Virus record (IMG/VR): IMGVR_UViG_3300042007_000202
Coordinates: 32,001-96,000 of that record
Reading direction: 5' to 3' (one strand)
DNA: 64,000 bases
Origin: a virus
Part shown: piece after piece, positions 1-9,222 of the stretch
How positions within the stretch are numbered: position 1 is the stretch's first letter
Layout of the letters: every line of letters begins with the position of its first letter
Program-made: the position numbers and the translations under genes
Notes under the pieces: model-generated
The model's database searches: none
Told to the model about the DNA's origin: nothing
What the model saw: the letters and a program-made list of their open reading frames with translations, nothing else

Positions 1-292
1 AGTCACTGCCCCACTCCTCCGGGTAGTGCTCCTGCCACCAGCCGAGAACGAACTCGTCGGCCGCGCCTTCCTTGTCGCTCTCCTCCTGCTGGTCCCACCC
101 CTTGAGCAGGCACAGGGCGATGCGCAGCCCGGCCATGCAGCCTTCGGCGTGCATCAGGGCCGCGCGCTGCTCGGGCATGTTGATCAGCTTGTCGCGGGCG
201 CGGTAGAGCCTGGCCGCTTCCTCTGCGATCCTCCCCACCGCCTCTTCCACAGTCTCCGGCGGCACGTCTGTGACCGCCTCCCGGTCGGTCAC
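1..292 (-). CDS. Hypothetical protein (3' end outside window)
   Basis: GTG at 292 overlaps the stop of the 289..1125 gene (GTGA); open frame VTDREAVTDVPPETVEEAVGRIAEE...GWWQEHYPEEWGSD runs off the window. Confidence 0.65.
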   Translation of the reverse strand, partial: MTDREAVTDVPPETVEEAVGRIAEEAARLYRARDKLINMPEQRAALMHAEGCMAGLRIALCLLKGWDQQEESDKEGAADEFVLGWWQEHYPEEWGSD

Positions 293-1125
293 TGTTCCCT
301 CCCGGCTTGCCAGCGCTCAAGGGCTTCCTTGTCGATCCGGCCGTCCAGACCCATGAGCTGGTCCAGCCGTTCGCGGGCGGCCACGTCGTTGCGGGCGATG
401 TCCAGCCCGTCGGGCCGGGGGTGCTCCCAGCCCTCCCACTCCACCAGCGTCGGGTAGGAGTCGGGCCCGGCCGCCAGGAACTCGCTGAACTGGTCGTCGC
501 ACCACGGTGGCACCCACGCCCCCGACCGGCACACGTACACCGCGTCGTACCAGACGTCGGGGTTGGTGCCGTCGTCCACGCGCCGGTCCACGGGGACCAG
601 CGGCTCCGGCTCCACCCGGCCCACCGCCTGACGCCAGGCCGGGTATGTCACCTCCAGGCGGGAGCCGTGCCCGTAGTGGACCAGCATCCAGTCCTCACAG
701 GACACCCGGCCGGTCTTCTTCCACTCCTCATACGAGCGGGTCTTGTTGTAGCCGGAGTCGTGGTGGGCGTCCCACAGGGACACGGTGTGCCAGTGGTTGA
801 CGCCGTACTCCTCATCCAGCCCCAGCGACGACGGCAGGATGTTCCCGGCGTGCAGGTTGCTGTCGCCGTATAGGACGCTGACGCCGTCCTCGTTGAACCG
901 GAAGCGGTCCCAGAACCCCTCGTAGCCCTCGCAGCGGGGCAGCTCCATGCCGTGACGCAGGAACGCCGACGCCCGGCCGCCCCAGCACACGGCGCTCAGG
1001 TAGAACGGGGCCTCCCTGTGGTCCCAGAGGTACATGAGCGAATCCGGGCCCGGCTCGGCCCGCATCGCGGGGTTGGGGAAGAAGAAGTCCCAGTCCACCA
1101 CCAGCAGCTTCAGCTCAGCGCTCAT
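289..1125 (-). CDS. Arginase/deacetylase-fold (UPF0489-like) putative metallohydrolase
   Basis: Motifs LLVVDWDFFFP, WDAHHDSGY (DxHxD) and SCEDW. Confidence 0.5.
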   Translation of the reverse strand: MSAELKLLVVDWDFFFPNPAMRAEPGPDSLMYLWDHREAPFYLSAVCWGGRASAFLRHGMELPRCEGYEGFWDRFRFNEDGVSVLYGDSNLHAGNILPSSLGLDEEYGVNHWHTVSLWDAHHDSGYNKTRSYEEWKKTGRVSCEDWMLVHYGHGSRLEVTYPAWRQAVGRVEPEPLVPVDRRVDDGTNPDVWYDAVYVCRSGAWVPPWCDDQFSEFLAAGPDSYPTLVEWEGWEHPRPDGLDIARNDVAARERLDQLMGLDGRIDKEALERWQAGREQ

Positions 1126-1369
1126 CGCTGCCCCCTTCCCGGCGACTCTCCGCGCCCGTCAGCAAGTCGAGCACGAGCAGCGGCCACAGCGCCACGGCCA
1201 GCAGCAGCACAGGGGTCATGACAGCGGCGAAGACGACCGGGCGGAAGCGGGGGTCCGGCTTGATGGCGTATCGGTATGCCCCGGCCAGGCCGTCGGGGAA
1301 GGTGAAGCCGATGACGGCCATGCCCACGGCCAGCCAAGCCAGGCCCCCCAGTGCGATCGTGACGGTCAC
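1115..1369 (-). CDS. Small membrane protein (2 TM)
   Basis: Two hydrophobic stretches; GTG start assumed at 1369. Confidence 0.5.
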   Translation of the reverse strand: MTVTIALGGLAWLAVGMAVIGFTFPDGLAGAYRYAIKPDPRFRPVVFAAVMTPVLLLAVALWPLLVLDLLTGAESRREGGSDER

Positions 1370-1644
1370 TTCTGCTCCGCCTTCCAGTTGGCCTGCATCG
1401 GCAGGTTCAGTTCCATGTGCCACGCTCCGTGTCCCACCGGCCCTCGCAGGCCGGGCAGTCCCTCACCGGCATTTCAGTGGTGTGCGCGCCGGGGTCGTTG
1501 GTGTGTCCGTCTGCGCCGACCATGTGCGTTCCGCCGCCCCGGAACAGCCCCTGGGCGAACTCGTCTGCGTTCATCGCTGCCGCCCCCTGGCGCCCCGCCC
1601 GGCCGCAAGGGCGGTGCCGGGCCGGGGGGCCGTCTGCGTCTTGG

Positions 1645-2187
1645 TCACTGGCCCTTCCCCCGCTCCGCGTACCAGATCATCTGCATGACGCGGAGGATGG
1701 CGTCCTCGGCCTGGTCGTCCTGCACCAGGTCTCGAAGCGTCCGCTTCCACGTCGGGTCCAGGTCCTCAAGGAACGCCTCGCTCAGCGGGGGCACGTCGGC
1801 CAGGAACTTGAGCGCCTTCTCGCGCCGCTCCTCGGGCGTGAGCTGGGGCAGCGTGTACTCCCGGCCGCCGTCGTTGTACGGCTCCTTGATGACGGCGCCG
1901 CCGGGCGACAGGCGCCACACCTCCTCGGGCTCGTCTCCGGGCTCGGGGCGGGGCTCTCCGGCCTTGCGGCGCCACACCAGCAGGTAGCCGGTCATGTCGG
2001 CCTCCGGGAACGCCACCTCGGGGCGGGGCGTGGCGGAGGTGTCCTCGTGCACGAAGAAGGTGCCGGAGGACTGCTTGCGGGCGCGGAGCTGGAGCGCGAC
2101 GCTGGCCCGCTCCACGGAGGGGAACGCCTCCAGGGCGCCCACCGTCTCGGTGTTCCTGTTGTAGTGGTGGACGGCGTAGATGGTCAT
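1645..2187 (-). CDS. Hypothetical protein
   Basis: AGGAG RBS before ATG; protein-like composition. Confidence 0.7.
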   Translation of the reverse strand: MTIYAVHHYNRNTETVGALEAFPSVERASVALQLRARKQSSGTFFVHEDTSATPRPEVAFPEADMTGYLLVWRRKAGEPRPEPGDEPEEVWRLSPGGAVIKEPYNDGGREYTLPQLTPEERREKALKFLADVPPLSEAFLEDLDPTWKRTLRDLVQDDQAEDAILRVMQMIWYAERGKGQ

Positions 2188-2199
2188 GCGGGCGGCTCC

Positions 2200-2733
2200 T
2201 TACGGGTAGCTGCGCAGTTCGGCTTCGGCTTGCAGGTCTTCGTTGGTGTCACCCAGCCACGCGGATGCGTGGAAGGTGCGCGGGTCGCTCTCGTGGAACG
2301 GGATGTAGTCGTCGTCGCCGTGCAGGCGGTAGGCGTGCGCGCCGGGGGTGTCGTGGCCGGGGCCGGGCTCGCCGTCCGGGTACGGCTCGTCCAGTTGGCA
2401 CATCTTCACGTCGCCGGTGCGGCGGAGGCTGCCCCAGGGGCAGACGTGGCCGGAGACGGCGAACATGGGCTTGTCTGTGGGTGAGCCGTCGGGGTAGTGG
2501 TAGACGGGTGTCTCGGGCATGTCGGGCGCGGCCAGCCGCAGCGCCGCCAGCACCCGCCGGACCACCTCGTTGCACTTCTCCGTGTCGTGGTCGACGACGG
2601 CGGTGACGTTGATGGCGGCCTGCTTGATCAGGTGCTCGGGGACCCGCGCCAGCCTCTCCGGCTGCGTGAACTCCTCCGGCGGCTGGGGCGTCCCGTGCGG
2701 GCAGCGCTCCGCGATATGAAAGTGCGGTGTCAT
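2200..2733 (-). CDS. Hypothetical protein (Cys/His-containing)
   Basis: ATG at 2733 overlaps upstream stop (ATGA); MTPHFHIAERCPHG... Confidence 0.65.
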   Translation of the reverse strand: MTPHFHIAERCPHGTPQPPEEFTQPERLARVPEHLIKQAAINVTAVVDHDTEKCNEVVRRVLAALRLAAPDMPETPVYHYPDGSPTDKPMFAVSGHVCPWGSLRRTGDVKMCQLDEPYPDGEPGPGHDTPGAHAYRLHGDDDYIPFHESDPRTFHASAWLGDTNEDLQAEAELRSYP

Positions 2734-3278
2734 GAGGGCTCCTGTGCGTCTTGCTGGGGCCACGGCAGGCCCTTCTGGAGGGCGGCGTATGCCTCCGCCC
2801 TGAAACGCTCCCACTGCGCCGTGTGGAGCGTCCTGAGCATGTGGTCGGCGGCGGTCGCCGCCTGCATCCACAGGATGTCGTCCTGGTGCTTGTCGTTACA
2901 CTCCCTCAGCGCGAGGACCTTACGGGCGGACATGAAGTACGTGGTGCGGGCCTGGGCGCCGCCGATCGGCTGGCCCAGCTCCTTCCACTGGAAGGCCTCC
3001 ATGCCTTCGACCAGCCCGTCCATCTCCATCGCCGCCAGGAGCCGTTCCGTGGCCGCGTAATCGATCACGGAACGGGCCCAGGTGACGGCTTCGTTCCTGC
3101 GCTGGCCGGTGGGCTGCACTCCGTACAGGCGGGCCGCAGCGATCAGCAGGTGGGCGCGGGTCATGGGGGCGGGTGCGCTGTCCAGGATGGTCAGGATCTG
3201 CCCCTTGGTCGGCACGGGCTTGTCCGCGTGGATGGGGGCGGGGTCCCCGGCGAGGGGGTACCGGCGGGCCCGGCTCAC
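2730..3278 (-). CDS. Hypothetical protein, possibly wHTH
   Basis: GTGA coupling; ILTILDSAPAPMTRAHL...LLAAMEMDGLVE is wHTH-like. Confidence 0.55.
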   Translation of the reverse strand: MSRARRYPLAGDPAPIHADKPVPTKGQILTILDSAPAPMTRAHLLIAAARLYGVQPTGQRRNEAVTWARSVIDYAATERLLAAMEMDGLVEGMEAFQWKELGQPIGGAQARTTYFMSARKVLALRECNDKHQDDILWMQAATAADHMLRTLHTAQWERFRAEAYAALQKGLPWPQQDAQEPS

Positions 3279-3625
3279 CGCTCCGCCTCCCGGAACGCGT
3301 TGTTCAGCGCGGTCACGAGCTTCTCCGAGCGTTCCACCAGCCACTCCGGGGCGCCGTCTTCCACGGTCAGCGGGCCGGACAGCAGGACGTTCCCGTGGCG
3401 GGTGCCGGGCTGGCGGTCGGACTTGCGCAACCACACGCCGTCCACGGCGGCGGCGCGCACGGACCAGTGGCCGTCGCACCCGCGCAGGGTGACCAGGGCG
3501 TAGTGCGCGGCCAGGTCGCGGGGGTTGCTCCTGCCGACTTCCCTGACCGGCTCGGCGCCTTCCGGCGGCACGATCCCCTGCATGAGTTCGCCGTCGCGCC
3601 ACACGGCGCTCTCGCTGCCGCTCAC
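3275..3625 (-). CDS. Hypothetical protein
   Basis: GTGA coupling at both ends. Confidence 0.65.
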   Translation of the reverse strand: MSGSESAVWRDGELMQGIVPPEGAEPVREVGRSNPRDLAAHYALVTLRGCDGHWSVRAAAVDGVWLRKSDRQPGTRHGNVLLSGPLTVEDGAPEWLVERSEKLVTALNNAFREAER

Positions 3626-4152
3626 CGTCCCCGCCTCTCTTCCGCGCGGGCGCGGCCTTCACCCACGAGGACGCCGGTGAGGAAGGCGATGCTGTCGTGC
3701 CACACCTGCTCGCGCTCCTGGGGGGTGAGCCCGTCGACCACCTCGGCCAGGCGGGCCGGGTCGCACACGGCGGCCAGGGCGCCGTCCGGCGCGACGGCCG
3801 CGTCCATGCGGAGGGACTTCAAGGCGCGCAGGGTCGGTTCGCTGACCACCTCAGCGACGGCGGGGGTGGCGGCTTCGGCCACGGCCGCCGCCGTCTCGCC
3901 GGGCATGGCGCCCTGGGCGTGCTGCTCGATGGAGGCGTACATCAGCCAGACGGACAGGGCCTGCTGCGCCAGGGGCGAGTACTGCGAGGCGATGGCGCAG
4001 TGGCGTTCCCTGCACGGCGCGCACAGGTTCCACGACGCGGCGAGCACCTTGGCCAGGTCGGGCGCCTTCTCCAGGATGGGGAAGGTGTCCAGCAGGTAGG
4101 AGGGCGGGGTGTGCGGCGCGCGCGGGCACGGGTTCTTCTCGGGGAGGTTCAC
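3622..4152 (-). CDS. Hypothetical protein (CxxC)
   Basis: GTGA coupling at both ends. Confidence 0.65.
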   Translation of the reverse strand: MNLPEKNPCPRAPHTPPSYLLDTFPILEKAPDLAKVLAASWNLCAPCRERHCAIASQYSPLAQQALSVWLMYASIEQHAQGAMPGETAAAVAEAATPAVAEVVSEPTLRALKSLRMDAAVAPDGALAAVCDPARLAEVVDGLTPQEREQVWHDSIAFLTGVLVGEGRARAEERRGR

Positions 4153-4754
4153 CGGTCGCCTCCCTGGACGGTACGGATGATCTCGGGCAGGGAAGCGTTG
4201 ATGGCGGCGGCCGTCAGTTCCACGGAGTGCAGGGCGTCATCCACCAGCGCGCGGCCGGTGGGCTTGCCGGGCGTGACGAGCGTGATCTGCGGGATGTGGC
4301 GGATGGTCGCCACGGTGGTGACGACCGGGCGGTCCGGCCGGACGCGGGGCTGCTGGAGGTAGGCGTAGTCGTCGCTCGACCAGTGGTGGTACGTGCCCCA
4401 GTCGTCGTACGTGTACGGGATCTTGGCGGCCAAGTCCCGATGCCGGAGCGGGAGTTCAACGGTGACCACCAGCCGGTCGCCGTCTTCGTCGTACCCGAGG
4501 GTGATCTTGTTGATGTCCGGCCGGAACTCCACCAGGCTGGGCGAGCTGACCTCCACCGTGGCCACCTGCCACGCCTGGATGGCGAACGCGATGGGCTCCA
4601 GCGGCTTCTTCTCCGGCTGCTCCCACGGGTCTTGGAACGACGGCTCACGCGCGCCGACGTAACTCCCGTACCGGGAGTAGCCGTTACTGGCGTTCTCGGC
4701 GTCGTGCTTTCGGTCCACGTGGACGATGTAGTCCGGGCCCCACGGCGTACTCAC
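4149..4754 (-). CDS. Hypothetical protein
   Basis: GTG at 4754 coupled to upstream stop; GGAGGAAGG RBS; MSTPWGPDYIVHVDR... Confidence 0.7.
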   Translation of the reverse strand: MSTPWGPDYIVHVDRKHDAENASNGYSRYGSYVGAREPSFQDPWEQPEKKPLEPIAFAIQAWQVATVEVSSPSLVEFRPDINKITLGYDEDGDRLVVTVELPLRHRDLAAKIPYTYDDWGTYHHWSSDDYAYLQQPRVRPDRPVVTTVATIRHIPQITLVTPGKPTGRALVDDALHSVELTAAAINASLPEIIRTVQGGDR

Positions 4755-5173
4755 TGGCCTTCCTCCTGTGCGATGTAGCGGAGCCTCTTGTAGGCCCGGC
4801 GGGTGATGCGGTCGGCGTTGTCGGCCTGGGGGCCCAGGGCGGCGAGCAGCGCCCTGGCGTCCTCCGGGTTGATGGGTCCGGGGTTGGTGCGGTACTTGCG
4901 CGGCTGCCGGGCGGGGAGCGTGACCTTGGGGTGGTAGCACTTCTCCCGCCGCCCGCTCTCGCCGTACGGCACCTTCCAGGCCCGGTCCTTGTCGGCGCTG
5001 TACAGGCTGTTGAGGGTGACCGTGACCTCACGCCCGCACAGGCGGCACGTCGCCTCGAACCGCTCGTCATAGTGCTCCGGCACGCCGCTCTTGGGCTGGT
5101 ACTCGGAGCGGTCGACCAGCGCCTCCTTCTCCTCCTGCGTGAGCTTGGCGACTCCGCGCGGGCGCTCGTACAT
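4751..5173 (-). CDS. Hypothetical protein (CxxC)
   Basis: ATG at 5173 with GAGAGG RBS; MYERPRGVAKL...TCRLCG. Confidence 0.7.
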   Translation of the reverse strand: MYERPRGVAKLTQEEKEALVDRSEYQPKSGVPEHYDERFEATCRLCGREVTVTLNSLYSADKDRAWKVPYGESGRREKCYHPKVTLPARQPRKYRTNPGPINPEDARALLAALGPQADNADRITRRAYKRLRYIAQEEGQ

Positions 5174-5241
5174 GGGGGCCTCTCGATCTGCGTGGATGGG
5201 GCCGGGTGGGCCCCCGGCCACCCGGCCGGGGGCGGGGGTGG

Positions 5242-6594
5242 TCAGGGGCACTCGGTGCACCACCCGCCCGCCTTGCGGATCTTGCCCTCGTCGCTGAGGC
5301 GGTCCAGGTGGTGGAGGGTCTTGTGGGTCTTGCAGGCCAGGGCGTAGCGGCTGTCCTGGCGGACTACCTCCGCGCCCGCCTTGGGCTTGTCGTAGAGCAG
5401 CTCCCAGCCGTCCACCGACGACGCGCCCAGGGCCTCGCGGCGGCCGGTCCGGCGGGCGGGCTTGGCGTCGCCCTGCGGGGCCTTGGGCTCGCTGGCGGGG
5501 ACGGTCGGGGCCGGGGTCTGGGCGGGCGCCTGCTGGGGCGTCTCGGGGGCCGTGGCGACCGGCGCGGCGGGGATCTCGTCCACGGGGGTGAAGACGGCGA
5601 CGCCCACGCGGTCGGAGCGGATGCCCTTGTAGACCTCGTTGCGCTTGATGGTCGCCTTGACCGTGACGAGCTGGTTCTCCTCCAGGTCCCAGGCGGACTT
5701 GGAGCTGGTGTTGGTGACCCAGGTGATGCCGGTGTCGGCGCCCTGGCCCTCCACCTTGACGAACAGGTACTCGCCGTCGCAGCGGTTCTCGATCTTGACG
5801 ACCTTGCCGGAGATGGTCATCCGGGGGCCCTTGGCGCCCGGGGGGACCTCGGCGGCGTGGCGGGTGGCGGCGGCGCGCTCGGCCTGGGCTGCGGTGTCGT
5901 CGTTGCGGACCACGGCCCGCAGGTACGCGGTGGACTGGGCTTCGAGGCAGCTGCCGTAGCGGATGGAGCGGATCATTTCCTGGATGCGGGCGGAGTAGAG
6001 GTCGAACACTTCGGACTCGATGACGAACTGGGCCCAGTGGCGGCCGTCGTCCAGGACGGCGGTCTCGGCGAGGCGGTCGGAGCGGTGCCGGGGGGTCTGC
6101 GCGGCCTCCTCGGTGTCCTCGATCTGGACGTAGTAGTCCATTTCCTCCTTGCCGGAGGGGGTGAGCGCCTCGGCCCAGGCGACCAGCTCGGGGTTGGCGG
6201 TGCGCCACGCGGCGATCTCCGCCTCCCTCTTCTCGAAGGCCTTGCGCTGCTTGGTGGACTCGGCCTTCACGGAGCGGGCGATGTTCCGGAGCTTGGTCTC
6301 GAACTCCTCGCCGTCGCTCCAGTAGTCGGTGACGCCGTGGCCCGCGCACTCGTAGCAGATGCCGTTGTCGGGGCCGTAGCCGATGTTGCCGGAGCCGCCG
6401 CACTTCCAGCAGAGGCTGTACCACATGTCGTCCATGCGGGCGAACTGGCGGGTCTTGGTGTGGTGGGGGGCGGTCCACTTGTACTCGCGGATCTCGTCCA
6501 CGTGGACCCGGCCGGTCGACCAGCCCACCATCGTGAAGTTCTCGCCGGTCAGGACGGTGAAGGTGGTCTCGATGTCGGCGGCCTGGGCGGTCAT
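5242..6594 (-). CDS. Multidomain protein: DnaJ-like Zn finger, putative OB-fold, Pro/Ala linker, C-terminal Cys domain
   Basis: CWKCGGSG...CYECAGHG; beta-rich RMTISGKVVKIE...LVTVKATIK; C-terminal YALACKTH...RKAGGWCTECP. Confidence 0.65.
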   Translation of the reverse strand: MTAQAADIETTFTVLTGENFTMVGWSTGRVHVDEIREYKWTAPHHTKTRQFARMDDMWYSLCWKCGGSGNIGYGPDNGICYECAGHGVTDYWSDGEEFETKLRNIARSVKAESTKQRKAFEKREAEIAAWRTANPELVAWAEALTPSGKEEMDYYVQIEDTEEAAQTPRHRSDRLAETAVLDDGRHWAQFVIESEVFDLYSARIQEMIRSIRYGSCLEAQSTAYLRAVVRNDDTAAQAERAAATRHAAEVPPGAKGPRMTISGKVVKIENRCDGEYLFVKVEGQGADTGITWVTNTSSKSAWDLEENQLVTVKATIKRNEVYKGIRSDRVGVAVFTPVDEIPAAPVATAPETPQQAPAQTPAPTVPASEPKAPQGDAKPARRTGRREALGASSVDGWELLYDKPKAGAEVVRQDSRYALACKTHKTLHHLDRLSDEGKIRKAGGWCTECP

Positions 6595-6643
6595 GGCGGG
6601 CTCCCCTGGTGGTTGGTGGTGGGGGCGGCGCCCCCTCTGCTGT

Positions 6644-6692
6644 GTGACACGAGATTATCACGGTCGGTCCGTGCGCACAAATCTCATGTCAC
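6644..6692 (-). promoter_or_regulatory. Promoter cassette with inverted GTGACAYGAGATT arms
   Basis: Minus strand reads GTGACATGAGAT-TTGTGC-17 nt-TAATCT-CGTGTCAC, upstream of the 6594 start. Confidence 0.7.
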
Positions 6693-6747
6693 ATCTGAGT
6701 GCGTGAAGAGGGGCCGCCCGCTAGCTGCGGACGGCCCCGGGCCCCGG

Positions 6748-7167
6748 TCAGTACGCGGTACTGCCCGCCGCCAGGCTCTGAATCGCGGCGGCCCGGTGCT
6801 CCGGGCAGTACGCCGTGATGGCCTTGATCACGATCTCCCTGGCGTCTTCGACCTTGGTGCCCCATTCCCAGCCGTTGGGGTAGAGGTCCCACCTGCCGCC
6901 GCCCTGGAGCATCCACGGAACTCCGTGCCCTTCGGCGGCGGAGGCGCACCACCGGGGCGGGAACTCAAGGATCTCCTCATCGGGGGGAGCCTTCTCCAGC
7001 CAGCTCGGCGTGCCCCTGACGGACGCCAGGAACTGTTCACCCGGGCTGACGCTCGGCGGCGGCGCGCTCTTCGGCGTGCTCTCCTGGCTGCCCGCGCCGG
7101 TTTCCCCGGAGCAGCCAGCCAGCAGCGCGACAGCGGCCAGCGCCGCCGCTATGGCCCGCGCCCCCAT
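6748..7167 (-). CDS. Lipoprotein (DUF732-like C-terminus)
   Basis: Signal peptide ending in lipobox LLAGC; FLASVR...AITAYCPEH; TGATG coupling. Confidence 0.7.
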   Translation of the reverse strand: MGARAIAAALAAVALLAGCSGETGAGSQESTPKSAPPPSVSPGEQFLASVRGTPSWLEKAPPDEEILEFPPRWCASAAEGHGVPWMLQGGGRWDLYPNGWEWGTKVEDAREIVIKAITAYCPEHRAAAIQSLAAGSTAY

Positions 7168-7619
7168 CAGTACTTCCCGTTGCCGAGGATCTGGCCGGTC
7201 GCGTTGTAGACCGTGACCAGGCCGTTCTTGCTGGCGTTGCCCCGGCTCTTCTGGAACTCCGCGAACGACGAGGCCAGCAGGGTGGCGGACCCGGTGGCGT
7301 CGGTGTCCATCAGGTCGCCCTTGAAGTCCGTGTGGATGCTGGCCGTGTCCAGGATGTCGTTGTTGTCCTCGCCGCCCTGGATCTTCGTGACGTGCTTGAC
7401 GGCCGCCTGCTCCTGGGGGGTCCCGTTCTTGGCGACGTACGCCTTGAACTCCTCCACCACCGACACGGACGGCGCCTTGGAGGCGGCCTGCTTGGGTGAG
7501 CTGCTGGACGCCTGGTCCTTCTTGGTGGCCGTGCCGTTCTCGCAGGCGGCCAGGCCCAGGACCAGGGCGGCGGACGCGGTGAAGGCGACGGCCGCCGCGC
7601 GGATGGTCTTGCGGTTCAT
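7167..7619 (-). CDS. Lipoprotein
   Basis: MNRK n-region, hydrophobic h-region, lipobox LAAC. Confidence 0.8.
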   Translation of the reverse strand: MNRKTIRAAAVAFTASAALVLGLAACENGTATKKDQASSSSPKQAASKAPSVSVVEEFKAYVAKNGTPQEQAAVKHVTKIQGGEDNNDILDTASIHTDFKGDLMDTDATGSATLLASSFAEFQKSRGNASKNGLVTVYNATGQILGNGKY

Positions 7620-7656
7620 GTGGAGGTCCCCCCATGTGCTGTGCGCTGATCGTGAC

Positions 7657-7705
7657 GAGGCGTCACTTTAAGTGCGGGGGATCCCGTGCGCAAACTTTGT
7701 GTCAC
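7657..7705 (-). promoter_or_regulatory. Promoter cassette for the lipoprotein pair
   Basis: GTGACACAAAGT-TTGCGC-17 nt-TAAAGT on the minus strand. Confidence 0.6.
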
Positions 7706-7767
7706 CCCCCTCCGGGGGCGGCGCTCCGTCGCTATCGTGAGCCCGAGCGCTGCCCGCCCGGCGGCGC

Positions 7768-8292
7768 TCAGAGGTCGAGCGTGAACTGCAAGCTCACACC
7801 GGAGCAGCCCCCGGCGACGTCGGCCGGGTCCTGGCTGATGAACTCGATACGGTCGCGCTTGAGCGCTTCACAGCAGGCCGCCGCCGCCCGCAGCGCGCGG
7901 GCGTCACGCAGGAACCCCCAGGCGGACTCGGTGCGCTCCTCGCACGAAACCGGCTGACCGTCCTGGCTGACCGGCACACACCGGTACACCCCGGCTTCGA
8001 TCCAGGCGCGCACCCGCATGGGCTGGCACTTCATCACCGAGGTCCGGTTGCCGATGGCCTGGGGGTCCAGCCGGACCACCCGCACGTACGCCTGCCCGCT
8101 GGCGCCGCCCTCGCACTCGCAGTCGCAGAAGTCGGCCGGGGGCTTGCTCGCGCCCCACACCAGACAGCAGGCGCACACCGGCCGCCCGGCCGCCGCCAGC
8201 TCGGCGCACACGCACGCCAGGAACGACTGGAGCTTGGGGCCCAGCGCGGGGTCCGCCTGCTCCGGGGTGAGGACGGGAGGGGGGGTGGTCAC
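7768..8292 (-). CDS. Cys-rich tail terminator/completion-like virion protein
   Basis: Follows the adaptor; GQAYVRVV..EAGVYRC..GGCSG pattern typical of cluster-B-like actinophage genes at this position; GTGA coupling. Confidence 0.55.
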   Translation of the reverse strand: MTTPPPVLTPEQADPALGPKLQSFLACVCAELAAAGRPVCACCLVWGASKPPADFCDCECEGGASGQAYVRVVRLDPQAIGNRTSVMKCQPMRVRAWIEAGVYRCVPVSQDGQPVSCEERTESAWGFLRDARALRAAAACCEALKRDRIEFISQDPADVAGGCSGVSLQFTLDL

Positions 8293-9167
8293 GTCTGATC
8301 TCCTCGCTGAGCCCACGGGGCCGGGTCAAGGTCCAGGCTGATCACGGCCGACGGCTGGCGCAGCGAGTTCGGGTTCACCGTGGCGATCCACGAGTCCACG
8401 TCCCGCAGGCCGGTGTAGCCCTTGTCCAGCCACTCCCCGGGGTCGAACATCTCGTAGGTGATGTTTTCGCGGGTCACGGTCTGCACCCGCTCCGGCAGGC
8501 GGCACCCCTTGGCGCCGGTGCACTGCTTGTAGATCTCGTTCGCCAGCGAGCCCAGCGCCCGCATCCCCGCCGCCGGGACGGCCCGTCCACGCAGATAGAG
8601 GACGGAGAAGGTGCCGGGCTCGGTGATGTCCTTCTCCAGGTCCTGGCACGTCGGCCAGCACTCCCCCTCCAGGCCGCCGACCCGGTTGAGGTCGCCGTAG
8701 CCGGAGCGCCGGTGCAGGGTGTACTGGTCGGGCGGGAGCACCTCCCCGTCCACGCGGACTTCCACCACGGCGTTGACCGGGCCGGGCAGCCGGATGGTGC
8801 AGGGGGGCTTGCAGCCGCAGTCCATGCGGGCGCACCCGCACCCGAAGTTGAACCACTTCCCCCGCTCGTCCAGGTACGGATTGTTCACGGAGTTCTGCCG
8901 GGGGTCCCACAGCCATCCCGTGCCGTGCTGGTCGGGGGTGCACGGGCGGCGGCACGGCCGGATCAGCTCCGGGCACAGCCCGTACCGCCCGGCGGTGCGC
9001 GCCCACAGCATCTCCGTGGCGATCTCCACCGCGAGCACGTGTTCCGGTGTCCAGTCGGACACCACGGCGGGGAAGTCCGGCGCGCAGGCGGTGTCCAGCG
9101 GCCACGCGCACGGCCCGGTCCCGTCGGGCGTGAGAGGGCCAGGGGTGGTCGGGTTGATCACCGGCAT
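8289..9167 (-). CDS. Head-to-tail adaptor/connector
   Basis: WPLDTAC...IATEMLWARTAGRYG, LPGPVNAVVEVRVDG, CRLPERVQTVTRE, TGLRDVDSWIATVNP. Confidence 0.75.
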   Translation of the reverse strand: MPVINPTTPGPLTPDGTGPCAWPLDTACAPDFPAVVSDWTPEHVLAVEIATEMLWARTAGRYGLCPELIRPCRRPCTPDQHGTGWLWDPRQNSVNNPYLDERGKWFNFGCGCARMDCGCKPPCTIRLPGPVNAVVEVRVDGEVLPPDQYTLHRRSGYGDLNRVGGLEGECWPTCQDLEKDITEPGTFSVLYLRGRAVPAAGMRALGSLANEIYKQCTGAKGCRLPERVQTVTRENITYEMFDPGEWLDKGYTGLRDVDSWIATVNPNSLRQPSAVISLDLDPAPWAQRGDQT

Positions 9168-9222
9168 AGATCGGTCCCTCCTCGCAGATCGTGTAGCCCG
9201 GACAGCGTATCCACGCAGACCG

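Noticed and set aside
3-320. ORF-track frame 3..320 (-)
   Set aside because: Arg/Gly-rich off-frame translation; the frame starting at GTG 292 gives a more protein-like product and is coupled to the upstream stop
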